64,000 nt of DNA. It comes from Alphaproteobacteria bacterium (GTDB taxonomy: Bacteria; Pseudomonadota; Alphaproteobacteria; SP197). The DNA lies in the NCBI GenBank assembly GCA_964291265.2, contig OZ219747.1, positions 1,152,001 to 1,216,000 on the forward strand, written 5' to 3'. The notes under the pieces were generated by a model. It ran no database searches, was not told the DNA's origin, and was given only the letters and a program-made list of their open reading frames with translations. The position numbers and the translations under genes are program-made. The stretch's first letter is position 1. Every line of letters starts with the position of its first letter. Below, piece after piece: positions 49,568 through 60,484 of this stretch.

Positions 49568-51084
49568 GCGATATCGTCGACCTCCTCGTCATCGGTGGCG
49601 GCATCAACGGATGCGGCGTGGCGCGAGACGCAGCCGGGCGCGGCCTGTCCTTGGTTCTCTGCGAAAAGGGGGACCTTGCCGAAGGCACATCGTCGCGCTC
49701 GGGCAAATACATCCATGGCGGGCTGCGATACCTTGAGCATCACGAATACGGTCTGGTGCGCGAGGCGCTGATCGAGCGGGAGGTCGTCCTTGCGGCAGCG
49801 CCCCATATCGCCTGGCCGGTGCGGCTTGTTCTGCTTCACAGCCCCGAACAGCGGCCGCGATGGCTGATCCGTCTGGGTCTGTTTCTCTACGACAACCTCG
49901 GTGGCCGCAAGCGGGTGCCGAGGACCAGGTCGCTCGACCTGCGGCACACCCCCGAGGGAGCGCCGGTTCGTGACGAATTCACGAACGCCTTCGCCTACCA
50001 CGACGTCTGGTGCGACGATGCACGGCTGACTGTCCTCAACGCCATCGACGCTCATCGGCGCGGCGCGGAGATCCTGACCCGAACCGAATGCGTCGCCGCC
50101 GAGCGGACCGACCATCATTGGCGCATCACGCTCCGCGACCTGACGAGCGGCACCGAACGCACTGTTGCGGCTCGTGCGATCTTCAACGCTGCCGGCCCAT
50201 GGCTGGAGCAGGTCATGGCCAACGTCGTCCGTCTGAACTCCAGATACGGCATTCGCCTCGTCAAGGGCAGCCACCTGATCATGCGGAAATGGTGGAGCGG
50301 ACATCACGGCTATGTCCTGCAGGCAAGGGACCGCCGGATCATCTTCGTCAATCCGTGGTTTGACGATGTGGCACTGGTCGGGACGACAGACATACCGTAC
50401 AGCGGCCGCCCGGAGGATGTGGACACGGACGATGATGAAATCGACTATCTCCTGGACATCCTCAATCGGTACTTCATCAGAACGCTGACACACGCGGACA
50501 TCCTGGGTTGCTACTCCGGAGTCCGGGCGCTCTACGACGACGATTCGTCGAAAAGTGCCTCGACCGTCACCCGTGACTACACCTTCGAGATCAACGCCGT
50601 CGGCAACCAGGCTCCGATCATTTCCGCCTTTGGCGGCAAGATCACGACCTTCCGCAAACTCGCCGAACACGGAATGCGTCGGCTAAGGCCCTTCCTGCCC
50701 GAGATGGGGCCTGACTGGACGGAAACGGCACCGCTGCCGGGCGGCGACATTCCCGATGCCGATTTCTGCAGATGGTTCGACGAGTTTCGCGGCCGCTACC
50801 CGTGGCTGCCGGAACCGCTTGCGGATCACCTCGCACGCAATTTCGGCTCCGAGGCCGTGCAGCTGCTCGGGAAGTCCGACGGCATGACGGATCTTGGTTG
50901 CCACTTCGGAGGCCAGTGCTACCAGAGGGAGATCGACTGGCTCATCGACCACGAATGGGCTCGCACCGCGGAAGATGTGCTGTCCCGGCGAACCCGGCAC
51001 TCGCTGTTCCTTGATGATGCGCAGCAACAGGCGGTGGGGGCCTACTGCCGTCAGAGAAGCGGAAGCTCCAGGACGCGCGCCTGA
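49564..51084 (+). CDS. eryB: FAD-dependent glycerol-3-phosphate/erythritol-phosphate dehydrogenase
   Basis: IGGGINGCGVARDAAGRG, GTSSRSGKYIHGGLRYLE, GGKITTFR; could alternatively be named glpD. Confidence 0.75.
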   Translation: MSDIVDLLVIGGGINGCGVARDAAGRGLSLVLCEKGDLAEGTSSRSGKYIHGGLRYLEHHEYGLVREALIEREVVLAAAPHIAWPVRLVLLHSPEQRPRWLIRLGLFLYDNLGGRKRVPRTRSLDLRHTPEGAPVRDEFTNAFAYHDVWCDDARLTVLNAIDAHRRGAEILTRTECVAAERTDHHWRITLRDLTSGTERTVAARAIFNAAGPWLEQVMANVVRLNSRYGIRLVKGSHLIMRKWWSGHHGYVLQARDRRIIFVNPWFDDVALVGTTDIPYSGRPEDVDTDDDEIDYLLDILNRYFIRTLTHADILGCYSGVRALYDDDSSKSASTVTRDYTFEINAVGNQAPIISAFGGKITTFRKLAEHGMRRLRPFLPEMGPDWTETAPLPGGDIPDADFCRWFDEFRGRYPWLPEPLADHLARNFGSEAVQLLGKSDGMTDLGCHFGGQCYQREIDWLIDHEWARTAEDVLSRRTRHSLFLDDAQQQAVGAYCRQRSGSSRTRA

Positions 51085-51786
51085 TCCTCGCACCACCGTT
51101 GTGTTGACGACAGTTGCGTTGCTGTCGCAGGACCATGGGGGAGGGCATCCCCTGGCAGTCCCGGCCATGCGCCCGGCGCCGTGATGCATGACTCCCACTG
51201 CATGCCGGGACAACGGCTGGTCGCGGCAAGGACTGTGCAGAAGTGCGGTCCGGGCCGTCCGGGCGTGATGGGGAACAGGAAGCGGGTGCCGCTCCGCACG
51301 CAGTTGCAGCTGTTGCCAGTCCCCGTTCATCGTGAAGGTGGATCAGGTCATCCTCAGAGCGGCAGCGAGGGTGTCATGACGGGGCGATGGTGGCACCTCC
51401 CACATGGGACACTCCCATCACCACATGCCAAGCAAGATCCGCACAGGAGCAGCCGGACTTACAGGAAAACAGTGGACTTCCTGACGGGTATGATGACTGC
51501 CTCCTCAGGAGATCAGGTCAGGATATCCGAGCCTGACCCGACAGTGTCCGGTTGTGTTGCAAGGTCGTGGAGTGGCGCATGGGACCGGTGATTCGCGGCA
51601 TCCTCCACCACCTGCGGGAGCGCATTCCAGGGCCTGTCATTGGATGCCTGCATCCCGGACAGACCGCCAGCTCATGGTGCCGCCCCGGAAGATCCGGTTC
51701 TTGCCGGGTACCGTGATCAAGATTCAATGACATGGCACGCAGGTTCGATCTGCGCAGGATCCGGACAGAGCGTCAGGATCCTGATG

Positions 51787-52434
51787 TCATGACCCCTGAT
51801 CCTTGTGGGTGGCAATCCACTCCGCATAGACAAGCTGTGCGCTTGGCCGGGACATGACGGCATCGGCGATGCGCCTGACATTGGGGAATTCCGCCGTAGT
51901 TGGATGACCGAGTGACGGAACAAGCCAGGTGGTCAACATGAACAGGTAGATATCGACCGCACTGAACCGTTCGCCCAGGACCCACTCGTTGTCGCCTATC
52001 TGATCGTCGATCACTTTCCACGACTGGCGCAACCGCCTGATGCCCCGTCTTCGCGCACTCGATTTATCAGCGGGCGTGTCGACGAAACGGTCTGGATAAT
52101 AAAAGGTCTGGTAGGCCGTCTGCACGGTGTTGGAAAAATACACCAGCGTCTGAAGGTACCTTCCGCGCTCCGGCTCATCGAACCCGGGCGCCAGGTTTGC
52201 CTCGGGATGACGATCGCACAGGAACACCGTGATCGCGGCACACTCGTACATGCCGTTGTCGTCCCACAAGAGGACCGGTACCCAGCCATTGGGGTTGACC
52301 GCCAGCTGTTCCGGCGGACGCGGCTTGTTCATGTCTATCGTCGACTGGACCAGTTCGTAGGGCTTGCCGATTTCTTCCAGGATCACCCGAACTCCCATGG
52401 CGGCACTGCCCTGTGCATAGAAAAGCCTGTACAT
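51787..52434 (-). CDS. glutathione S-transferase family protein
   Basis: NPNGWVPVL, ECAAI, FSAVDIYL; SD GGAG. Confidence 0.9.
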   Translation of the reverse strand: MYRLFYAQGSAAMGVRVILEEIGKPYELVQSTIDMNKPRPPEQLAVNPNGWVPVLLWDDNGMYECAAITVFLCDRHPEANLAPGFDEPERGRYLQTLVYFSNTVQTAYQTFYYPDRFVDTPADKSSARRRGIRRLRQSWKVIDDQIGDNEWVLGERFSAVDIYLFMLTTWLVPSLGHPTTAEFPNVRRIADAVMSRPSAQLVYAEWIATHKDQGS

Positions 52435-52509
52435 CTGGAACTCCCTTCCGTTCGTCCGGGGTTTGTCTCGGCAAGGTCACGTTCTCGTGCAGGACAACGC
52501 CGCGCATTC

Positions 52510-53475
52510 TCAGGAGGCGGACGGATGCCGGCGACCGGCCCTGTCCCGGGCGAGGTTGCGGAACAGCTCCTCCTCGCGCTCCCGCAGCAGCGCCGCGCCG
52601 TCGCGGACGCTCCAGTCGTACACGCCCCGCCCCGACGGCAGGCCGCGATGCCCAGCGTCAACCAGCTCGGTCACCGCCGAAGCGGGTCGGGAACCCGTCT
52701 TCAGGTGCGGCATGAGGTAGGCTCCGAATGCGTGCAGCGTATCGAGGCCTCCGATGTCGGCCGACTCGATGGGTCCGGTGATCGCCAGACGTCGCCCGAT
52801 GGACGCCTTGACCACCGTGTCGATCGCCTCGGCCGATGCTGCGCCGTCCGCCCAAAGTTCCCAGGCCTCGCGGAGTATCGCGTACTGAAGGCGGTTGCCG
52901 ATGAAGCCCGGAACCTCCTTGTCGACGATCACTGGCTCCTTTCCGGCTGCCCTAAGGACGTCGCAGAGCCATGGCGCCACGTCCGAGTCGCTCTCCGGCC
53001 CGGCGCAGACTTCGACGAGGGGAATGAGCTGCGGCGGATACCAGAAGTGGGCGGCGACCACGCGCCCGCGGTGCGTGACGTGCGACACGAGTTCACTGGC
53101 GGGCTGCCCGCTCCCGGAAGCGAGAACCGCCGGCGGGGCGCAGATTTCGTCCAGCCGCCCGTAGACCTCGTTCTGCACATCTCGATCGGCCGGAACCGCC
53201 TCGAGGACGAGTTGCACATCCGCCGCGTCCTCGAGTCTGGTCGAAGTGCGGATGCGCCCGAGGGCGGCGTTCACTTCGCCGGACGTGATGAGCCCCTGCG
53301 CTTTGAAAGCGGCGAGGCTTTTCGCGATCTTGCTTGTCGCTGCGGCGAGGCTCTCTTCGCGCCGGCCGATCATGACGACCCGGTGGCCCGCGACCGCGAA
53401 AACCTGGGCCATTCCGTGGCCCATGAGGCCATTGCCGACGACGGCAACGGTATCGAGCGTTACGGGGACCGTCAT
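52510..53475 (-). CDS. 3-hydroxyacyl-CoA dehydrogenase family protein
   Basis: VVGNGLMG, HFWYPPQLIPLVEV, PGFIGNRLQ. Confidence 0.92.
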   Translation of the reverse strand: MTVPVTLDTVAVVGNGLMGHGMAQVFAVAGHRVVMIGRREESLAAATSKIAKSLAAFKAQGLITSGEVNAALGRIRTSTRLEDAADVQLVLEAVPADRDVQNEVYGRLDEICAPPAVLASGSGQPASELVSHVTHRGRVVAAHFWYPPQLIPLVEVCAGPESDSDVAPWLCDVLRAAGKEPVIVDKEVPGFIGNRLQYAILREAWELWADGAASAEAIDTVVKASIGRRLAITGPIESADIGGLDTLHAFGAYLMPHLKTGSRPASAVTELVDAGHRGLPSGRGVYDWSVRDGAALLREREEELFRNLARDRAGRRHPSAS

Positions 53476-53609
53476 GGGACTCTCCTTCGCACGCGCCTGT
53501 CACCGCACCGAGGCGGCAGGAGCGTCTGTGGAAGTATGTGGACAGTTCCACCGGATGCAAGCGCACTGTTCAGTGTTCAGGCGTCCTCCGCTGGCGTCAG
53601 TCAATCGCG

Positions 53610-53812
53610 CCAGGCAATCCGAATGGCCGGAGAGGGGCCACAACCTCCATGGGCATGGCATTGGACGGTTGGCGAGGAGGCGCGCTCCATGGCGCTGCCG
53701 GTATATGCATGCCTTCCTGGCTGAACTTGCCTTCAGCGCGACGGACTTCATGGCGATTGGTTGTCTCTGCTTGCGTCACACCAGATTTCGACTCAGCCAT
53801 CTTCCGGTCTGA
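53610..53812 (+). pseudogene. degenerate copy of the 3' end of the MFS gene (57440-57658)
   Basis: Direct-orientation similarity ending in the identical TTCGACTCAGCCATCTTCCGGTCTGA. Confidence 0.85.
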
Positions 53813-55291
53813 CCCGCGACAAGCCTGGGTCCGGGCCACGGACAAGTGCGGTTCGTGGCGAAACGGCGGCAGGGGATGGTCGTTGTCGAAGGAAGGCTCA
53901 GTTCCTCCATCCTCTGTCACGAGCCGACAACGGCGCCTGCAAGGGAGATTCATCACTTCGAAATCGCCGCGCAGGGATGGTTCAGACCAGGATGTCCCAA
54001 GCGAGCCCGTTCGGGACGGGAGTGGCCTTGCCGGCCACCAGGGTCGTTTCTCCTGATGAAGCCGATGTCGACATGGGCAGCCGCCAGCACTGCCGTGCCT
54101 CCCGACCGATGTTGTCCTGCACGGACAGGACCTGGAGGCCCAGGAGCAGCGCGAGAGAACGCAAGGCAAAGCAGCACGACAACGCCCGCGTGGATGATGA
54201 CCCTGAGCGCGACGCAACCTCGGTGTCTCTGCACTCCTGCCTGACTCCCCGGCGCATCCACTGAGGGTCTCGCACTGTCGGGACGCGTGGAGCGCTTCAC
54301 AATCGAACGGTGGAACGGATCCCTGGCGGCTTTCCGGCAGGTCCGACGCCGGGCGGCTGCTGGGAAGCGCCGGGCACGCCGACCGGGCGGCGGGTCGAGT
54401 GTCGACGCTGCGAGGATCCCGCGGCTCCGGGCCGGGCAACCCGCCCGCCGGCTGTCGTCCGAGGCATCGCGCGGCCTGGTCCTCGGGGTGGCGCTGCTTG
54501 GCCAGACGGAACCGTGGGACATGCGTCAAGCAGGGGCCTGATCCACAACCGGGCCGCTGTGAGGATGCCCGACCGTTCCCGATGGGAGCCCGCAGGGTCG
54601 ACCCGAACCTCGGCGTTGCGTTCGTGTTCCGAGGCAGACCCTGCATGGGCTTGACCTGCCTGGAGTTGGACGATGCTGACGAGGGTTCGGAAGTGGGGCA
54701 GGGTTCGTGGGTCACGAAGATGCTCTTGGATGAAGCCCGCATCCACGTGGACGACGAAGTCGATGTGTCGGCCGGAGAATTTCAACTGGGTACCGCCGGC
54801 CGGCAAGGAGTTCCGGCAGGTGGCACGATACGTTCCGGAGAAGGAGGTTTCCGTGATCCTGACGTTCGACCCGCAGGCCGGGCGGGAGCAGCGGGGCGCC
54901 GCTCCGCCTTGATGTGCCCGATCATCGGTACGTGCAGGGAGTGAATTCGTTTGTCCACCCCCGTTTTGCCAGGGAGCGTTCCTCACGCGGCATCCAGTCG
55001 TTGAATGTCGTCACGTCGTTGTCATCGCATACCATCTCGATCTCGCGACCTCCGGGCATCATCCTGTTCCGAACGTCACGCTTGCGCATTTCTTCAAGCC
55101 CGGGGATGGAGTTCTCTGACGGACACGAACCACGATGACACTCTCCCTGATCCTTCGCGGGTGTCCATGTCCGGTCCGGTCCCGACGCGCAGCAGACGGT
55201 GGGTGGTTCTTGACCGGTCCCGACGGGTTCCGCACTGTATCGTCGCCGTCCGGAACCACGGCGTTTCGCGCAACAGGGCCACGATTTGCCA

Positions 55292-56316
55292 ATGATGGAG
55301 ATCGGACCATTCCAGGCACCTCTTCCACACTCGGGGCGGTCGATCTGTCACCACTGTTCGATGGCACCGAAGCCGATGCGGCCGAAACGGGAGTGGCCAT
55401 GTTGGCGGCCATGGAGACATCCGGCGGCTTTGTCGCGACAGGTCTGCCCGGCGCCGCGTCCCTCGATACCCGGATCGGCGACGTGCTCCGCTTCTTCGAA
55501 CTGCCCGAGACCGAACGGTTGGCCATCGCCACGCGACGGCACCGCGCTGACGCCGAACATTGCTACCGTGGCTACTTTCCGTTGCCCGAAGAGAGGGGCT
55601 GGGCCCACAACGAGATCTTCGATTTCGGACCCCATGAGCCGTCCCGTGCTCCGCAAGGTCATCCGGCAAGGCGATTCCTGGAAGAGACGAACCAGTGGCC
55701 GGCACGCGAGCCCCATGCGGGATGGCGCAACTCGGCCGAGAGGCTCTTTGACGATCTGCGCACACTTTCCGTTGCGGTCATGGCCGCGCTTGCCGGCGCG
55801 CTCAACGAGGATGCGGGGGCCGTGATGAGCCAGTTCGACGACGGCAACGGCACGCTCCGCATCCTGCACTATCCGCCACCAGCCGATGGCTGCGCCGCCG
55901 CGCACGGGGAGACCCTTCCAGAGAGGGTCGACGTCGCGGGACGACGCATCATCACCCACCGCCGCATCGATGCCTGTGTACTGTCGGTGCTCTGGCAGGA
56001 CCGGACCGGCGGTCTGCAGTACGAGAGCCGCGACGGTGCATGGCACGAGGTGCCCTCAGACAACGGGTGGCTTTCGATCCACGCAGGGCGCGCCATGGCC
56101 CTGATGACCCGCGGTCGTATCGCGGGTACGCCGCACAGGATCGTCGGTACGGGTCTGGACCGCTGTTCCCTGGGCTTCTTCCTGGAGCCGGGTTTTGCCG
56201 AGACGATTGCCATTGACGAGGACGAAAAGCCGTTCACCTATGCCGATCACATGAAGGATGACTTCGCCGATCTGGACGTCTACGCCGGCGTCATGGGAGA
56301 TGCGGTGGCGGCGTGA
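55292..56316 (+). CDS. 2OG-Fe(II) oxygenase, IPNS family, probably degenerate
   Basis: VDLSPLF, YRGYF, LRILHYP, GGLQ, TPHRIV, RCS; the HxD site reads RID; the start is unclear (possible 5' frameshift). Confidence 0.7.
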
Positions 56317-56428
56317 GGGAGCAATACGATGACCGTCCCGGTCCGCTTCGACCGCGCCGGACGCCTGGCCAGGTCTTCATGGCTCCTGTCTGTCAGGCAC
56401 CACCCTCGGCTCCTGAAGCGCGGATGTC

Positions 56429-57658
56429 ATGATCCGGCGCGCTGACAGCGTCGAGGTCCGCTACGGCTGGGTCATCCTCGCCGTGTCCCTGGCGATCGGG
56501 ACCATCGCCATGGGGGCACCCAACATCCTCTTTGTCAGCCTGAAGGACATTGCGTCCGACTTCGGGTGGCCCCGTGCGGGACCCTCCCTGGCGTATTCCC
56601 TGCTGATGATGGGCAGTGGAGTGGGTGGAATCGCCATGGGCCTGTGGATGGACAGGCGAAGCGTCATCGAGCCGGTCCTGTTCGGCTCCGTCATGATCGC
56701 TCTCGGCGCCATTGTCGCGAGCCATGCAGGCGGGCGATGGGATTTCTATGTCGCCAACGGACTGCTGATCGGTGCCTTTGGCGAAGCGGCAATGATCGCG
56801 CCGCTCATCGCCAATGCCACACGGTGGTTCGATCGGCGTCGGGGTCTCGCCGTGGCGATCATCGCGTCGGGCCAGGGCGTGGCCGGAGCCATATGGCCGC
56901 CGGTCATAAGGTATCTGAACGATTCCGTGGGGTGGCGGGAAGCTTACCTCTGTTTCGGGTTGTTTGCACTGGCAACACTTGTGCCGCTTGCCTTGTTCCT
57001 GAAACCGAAACCACCGATGGCGCCTGCCGAGGCGAGTCGGGGCTCCGGCATGGGTGAATACTCCGTGCTGGGATATTCTCCAGTGACGGTGCAGACCTTG
57101 TTGTGTCTGGCGGTCGTGGGTTGTTGTACGGCGATGGCGATGCCGATCGTGCATCTCATCAGCCATGCGACCGATACGGGGTTCTCGCGCTCTACCGGTG
57201 CCAGCATGTTGTCGGTGCTGTTCGCCGCATCGTTTTTCAGCCGCATCGGCTTCGGTTTGCTTGCCGACAGGATCGGGGCGGTCAGATCAATGCTGATCGC
57301 TTCGGGTGCCCAGGCGGTCATGTTGTTGGCCTTCGCTTTCGTGACTACCGAATTCGGTCTGTACCTTGCCGCATTCATGTTCGGCATCGGCTTTGCCGGA
57401 ATCATGCCCAACTACGCCTTGATGATCAGACATTGGTTTCCAGGCAATCAGATTGGCTGGAGAGTGGGCACAACCTATCTGTTCGGGGCCATAGGCATGG
57501 CGTTGGGCGGTTGGCTGGGAGGTGCACTCCATGATGTCACCGGTACATACATGCATGCCTTTCTTGTCGGATTTGGCTTCAACGCGGTGAACTTCATGGT
57601 GATCGGTTACCTCTGTCTGCGTCAGACCAGGCTTCGACTCAGCCATCTTCCGGTCTGA
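56429..57658 (+). CDS. MFS transporter
   Basis: About 12 TM segments; GLWMDRRS, WFDRRRGLA, GLLADRIG. Confidence 0.92.
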   Translation: MIRRADSVEVRYGWVILAVSLAIGTIAMGAPNILFVSLKDIASDFGWPRAGPSLAYSLLMMGSGVGGIAMGLWMDRRSVIEPVLFGSVMIALGAIVASHAGGRWDFYVANGLLIGAFGEAAMIAPLIANATRWFDRRRGLAVAIIASGQGVAGAIWPPVIRYLNDSVGWREAYLCFGLFALATLVPLALFLKPKPPMAPAEASRGSGMGEYSVLGYSPVTVQTLLCLAVVGCCTAMAMPIVHLISHATDTGFSRSTGASMLSVLFAASFFSRIGFGLLADRIGAVRSMLIASGAQAVMLLAFAFVTTEFGLYLAAFMFGIGFAGIMPNYALMIRHWFPGNQIGWRVGTTYLFGAIGMALGGWLGGALHDVTGTYMHAFLVGFGFNAVNFMVIGYLCLRQTRLRLSHLPV

Positions 57659-57807
57659 TTGCGGTTTCAGGCTGGATACCCGGCGGTGCGCACGTTCCGG
57701 GAAGGCGGTCTGGCCTGCTGCCCGGTCGCTGTTGACGGACCCGATCAGTCTTTGCCGAGCCCGGGGCAAGTGTGGTCCGCGCCGAAGGAGCGGCAGGGGA
57801 AGGTGAG

Positions 57808-59340
57808 TTATCGAAGGAGGGCGTGCGCCTCCGTCCTCTGCCACGCCTCGCGATAGCTGCGCTGGTATGCGAGGAAGGGATCGCTGGTGACCGCGTAGTC
57901 CCACGCCGGAGGCCGGCCGCGCCTGTTGGCTTCGAAGATCGTCGCGCGGCGCCGGACGCTCTCCTCCACGATTCCCGGCAAGCCGGTCACATCCCACTGC
58001 TTGAGGATCTCCTGCTTGAGGTCCTCCCGCAATGGCGCATGGGCGGCGTCCTGCGCCAGATCGACACGCTCTTCGGGATCCCGGGCAAGGTCGAACAGCA
58101 AGGGGGCCGTTGTCTCGCAATGAACGAACTTGTGGTGACCGCGCCTGATCATGAACCACGGCGCCGGCACGCCCTCGCCGCAGTACTCCGCCAGCACGTC
58201 GCGCGGAGCGAGTGCGCCGTTTCCGTAGAGAACATGTGCGAGACTCCTGCCGTCAACCGGACATGCGATGCCGTTTGCCTCATCGTTGACGGCGAGGTCC
58301 AGCAGCGTCGGGAGCACATCGACGAGCGAGACGGGTGTCCGCACCCGCCTCGCCGCAAATGCGGCGGGACAGTGGAATATGAGAGGCACCCGTTCGGCCC
58401 ACTCGAAGAAGGTGCGCAACCCCCAGAGACCGCGCTCCCCCAGCATGTTTCCGTGGTCGGCGGTGATGACGACGATGGTGTCGGTGTCGAGACGGGAGGA
58501 CTCGAGCGCACCGAGAATCTGTCCGATCCTGTCGTCGATGTGACTGAGCATCGCGTAGTAGGCGTGACGGGCCCGGCGAACATGGACATCGGTCACGCCG
58601 GCCTGACCCATGCCGCCGTATTCATGGAGATGACGGCTCAGTTCATCGTGGGCGTCGACCGGGGTCGGAGCCACCGCCGGCATGGGGATTTCCCCGTCGT
58701 CGTAGCGGTCCCAGTACTCGGCTGGTGAAGCGAAGGGAGGATGGGGCTGGATGAACGAGACGGTCATCAGGAAGGGCCGGTTGTCGTCTTCGCGTGCCAG
58801 CTGGTAGATCCTGTTGACGGAGGTGAAGGTCACCTCGTCGTCAAAATCGACTCCCAGGCAGCGCACGCAGGGGCCTGCATCGATGACCTCGTCGAGATTC
58901 GGGTAGTCGGGAAATCCCTCGTCTGCCCAGCGTGCGCCTCCAGGCGGCGGCCCCCAACCAAAGTCCGACGGCACCACGTCGGTCGTCAGCCGCTCCTCGA
59001 AGCCGTGCAGCTGGTCGGGGCCGACGAAGTGCATCTTGCCGGAGAGAATGGTCCGGTAGTCCGCCAGACGCAGGTAGTGGGCAAGGGTGGGAATACTGGC
59101 CGGGAGCTCGCTGCCGTTGTCGAAGACACCCAACTTCGAGGGCAGGAGCCCCGTCAGCAATGACGCGCGGGATGGTCCGCACAACGGAGCGTTGCAGTAC
59201 GCGTTCTCGAAGACGACGCCCTCTTCGCCGAGCCGCTTCATGTGAGGCGCCCTGATCGTGCCGTCGCCGTACATCGGCAGTGCCAGGGCGCTCATGAAGT
59301 CGGCCATGATGATCACGATGTTGGGTTGGGTCCTGGTCAT
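57808..59340 (-). CDS. betC: choline-sulfatase
   Basis: LCGPSRASL (CxPxR), GKMHFVGPDQLHGFEERLTTD, DFDDEV, DHGNMLGERGLW. Confidence 0.88.
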   Translation of the reverse strand: MTRTQPNIVIIMADFMSALALPMYGDGTIRAPHMKRLGEEGVVFENAYCNAPLCGPSRASLLTGLLPSKLGVFDNGSELPASIPTLAHYLRLADYRTILSGKMHFVGPDQLHGFEERLTTDVVPSDFGWGPPPGGARWADEGFPDYPNLDEVIDAGPCVRCLGVDFDDEVTFTSVNRIYQLAREDDNRPFLMTVSFIQPHPPFASPAEYWDRYDDGEIPMPAVAPTPVDAHDELSRHLHEYGGMGQAGVTDVHVRRARHAYYAMLSHIDDRIGQILGALESSRLDTDTIVVITADHGNMLGERGLWGLRTFFEWAERVPLIFHCPAAFAARRVRTPVSLVDVLPTLLDLAVNDEANGIACPVDGRSLAHVLYGNGALAPRDVLAEYCGEGVPAPWFMIRRGHHKFVHCETTAPLLFDLARDPEERVDLAQDAAHAPLREDLKQEILKQWDVTGLPGIVEESVRRRATIFEANRRGRPPAWDYAVTSDPFLAYQRSYREAWQRTEAHALLR

Positions 59341-59945
59341 GATGTCTCCCTCACTTCCTGCCAAGGCAATGTATCGTGCCACCGGGATCGCGGGTACGGA
59401 ACGCCTCACGGATGCTTCGGTGTCATCCCGCGCTCCGCAGGGCGAAGTCGTCAGGAATGACGACAAGGCGGCCGTGGTCCTCGAGGCGCGTCGGCGCGGT
59501 GCGGCCTCCATTCAGTTCCCCACCTCCGTGGCACGAAGACGCCGCCACCGGAGGAGCCAGACGGAATGGTGCGGGTACTCCGTGCAAACTCCAGTCTCTC
59601 CCATCTCGACGGTTCGGTCATTGCCCTCCTCCAGAGGCACCGCCGGTGGGCCATGAAGAGGATCTGCGCGCCCGAGATGGTTCCCTGCACTATCCCTGGC
59701 ATGGCAAGCGGTTCCGTCACGGTCGTATCCCGGAGTGTTCCGGTCATGGCAACCGTGGCATTCGTGGAGCCAACCGGGCAAACTGGATCCTGTCGAGAAA
59801 CAAGGGGGTCGGCATCTTGATGGCGAGGCATGTGGATGAAGATGGCACCAGCTCGGAGCCCGCGCCTCGCAATTGGTCGACCACAACGCCCGATGGCGTG
59901 GAGAGTCCTGGCACGACTGCCGGCTCTCAATTCGACACGCCATCA

Positions 59946-60062
59946 CGGGAAATCGATGGCGAGACACTTGTCCACGGGATGGGGCATCTCGTCGCCGGCT
60001 GGCGGGAGCAGCGGACCGCAGGATCGCTGATGGATGTCGTCATCGGGAGCGTGCCGGTGTGA
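59946..60062 (+). pseudogene. possible C-terminal remnant of a type I R-M HsdM gene
   Basis: DGETLVHGMGHLVAGWREQ...MDVVI resembles, from memory, HsdM C-termini (DGEPF..KM.RLVAQWREQ...LD..I). Confidence 0.35.
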
Positions 60063-60484
60063 ACATCGACACCTTCTTCCTGCGTCGGTGTATCTCTTCG
60101 CTCGAACGCGGGATCCAGGAAATCGAACGGCATGAGGGCGGCGATGATGTGCTGCATGACCTCTACCGCGCCGCCTGCGTCAAGGAGTTTGAACTCGTGC
60201 TCGAACAGAGCGGCAAGCTCCTGCGCAAGCGGCTTGGTGCGTACTTCGCCAGCAACCGTCAGGCGGACCGCCTGAGCTTCAAGGATCTGTTTCGTCATGC
60301 TGCCCGGCATGATCTGATCGACTGCGAGACTGTCGGGAGATGGCTGGGCTATCGCGACAGTCGAAATGGCACGGTGCACGGCTACGGTGAAGACTTCGCC
60401 GAAGCCACGTTGAAACTGCTGCCGACGTTCGTTGACGACGCAAGGGCGCTCGCCGACATGATTGAAGAGGCGAACAGTGACTGA
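60059..60484 (+). CDS. nucleotidyltransferase substrate-binding / HEPN protein (HI0074 family)
   Basis: RAACVKEFELVLEQ, KDLFRHA, RNGTVHGY (Rx4H HEPN motif). Confidence 0.88.
   Translation: MNIDTFFLRRCISSLERGIQEIERHEGGDDVLHDLYRAACVKEFELVLEQSGKLLRKRLGAYFASNRQADRLSFKDLFRHAARHDLIDCETVGRWLGYRDSRNGTVHGYGEDFAEATLKLLPTFVDDARALADMIEEANSD

Noticed and set aside
54399-55138. Protein-like ORF fragments upstream of the degenerate oxygenase
   Set aside because: No family could be assigned by eye; left as a decayed region.
59660-59730. DGSLHYPWHGKRF resembling a Rieske CPWHG motif
   Set aside because: It lacks the cysteine ligands and the first Rieske box; at best unidentifiable debris.
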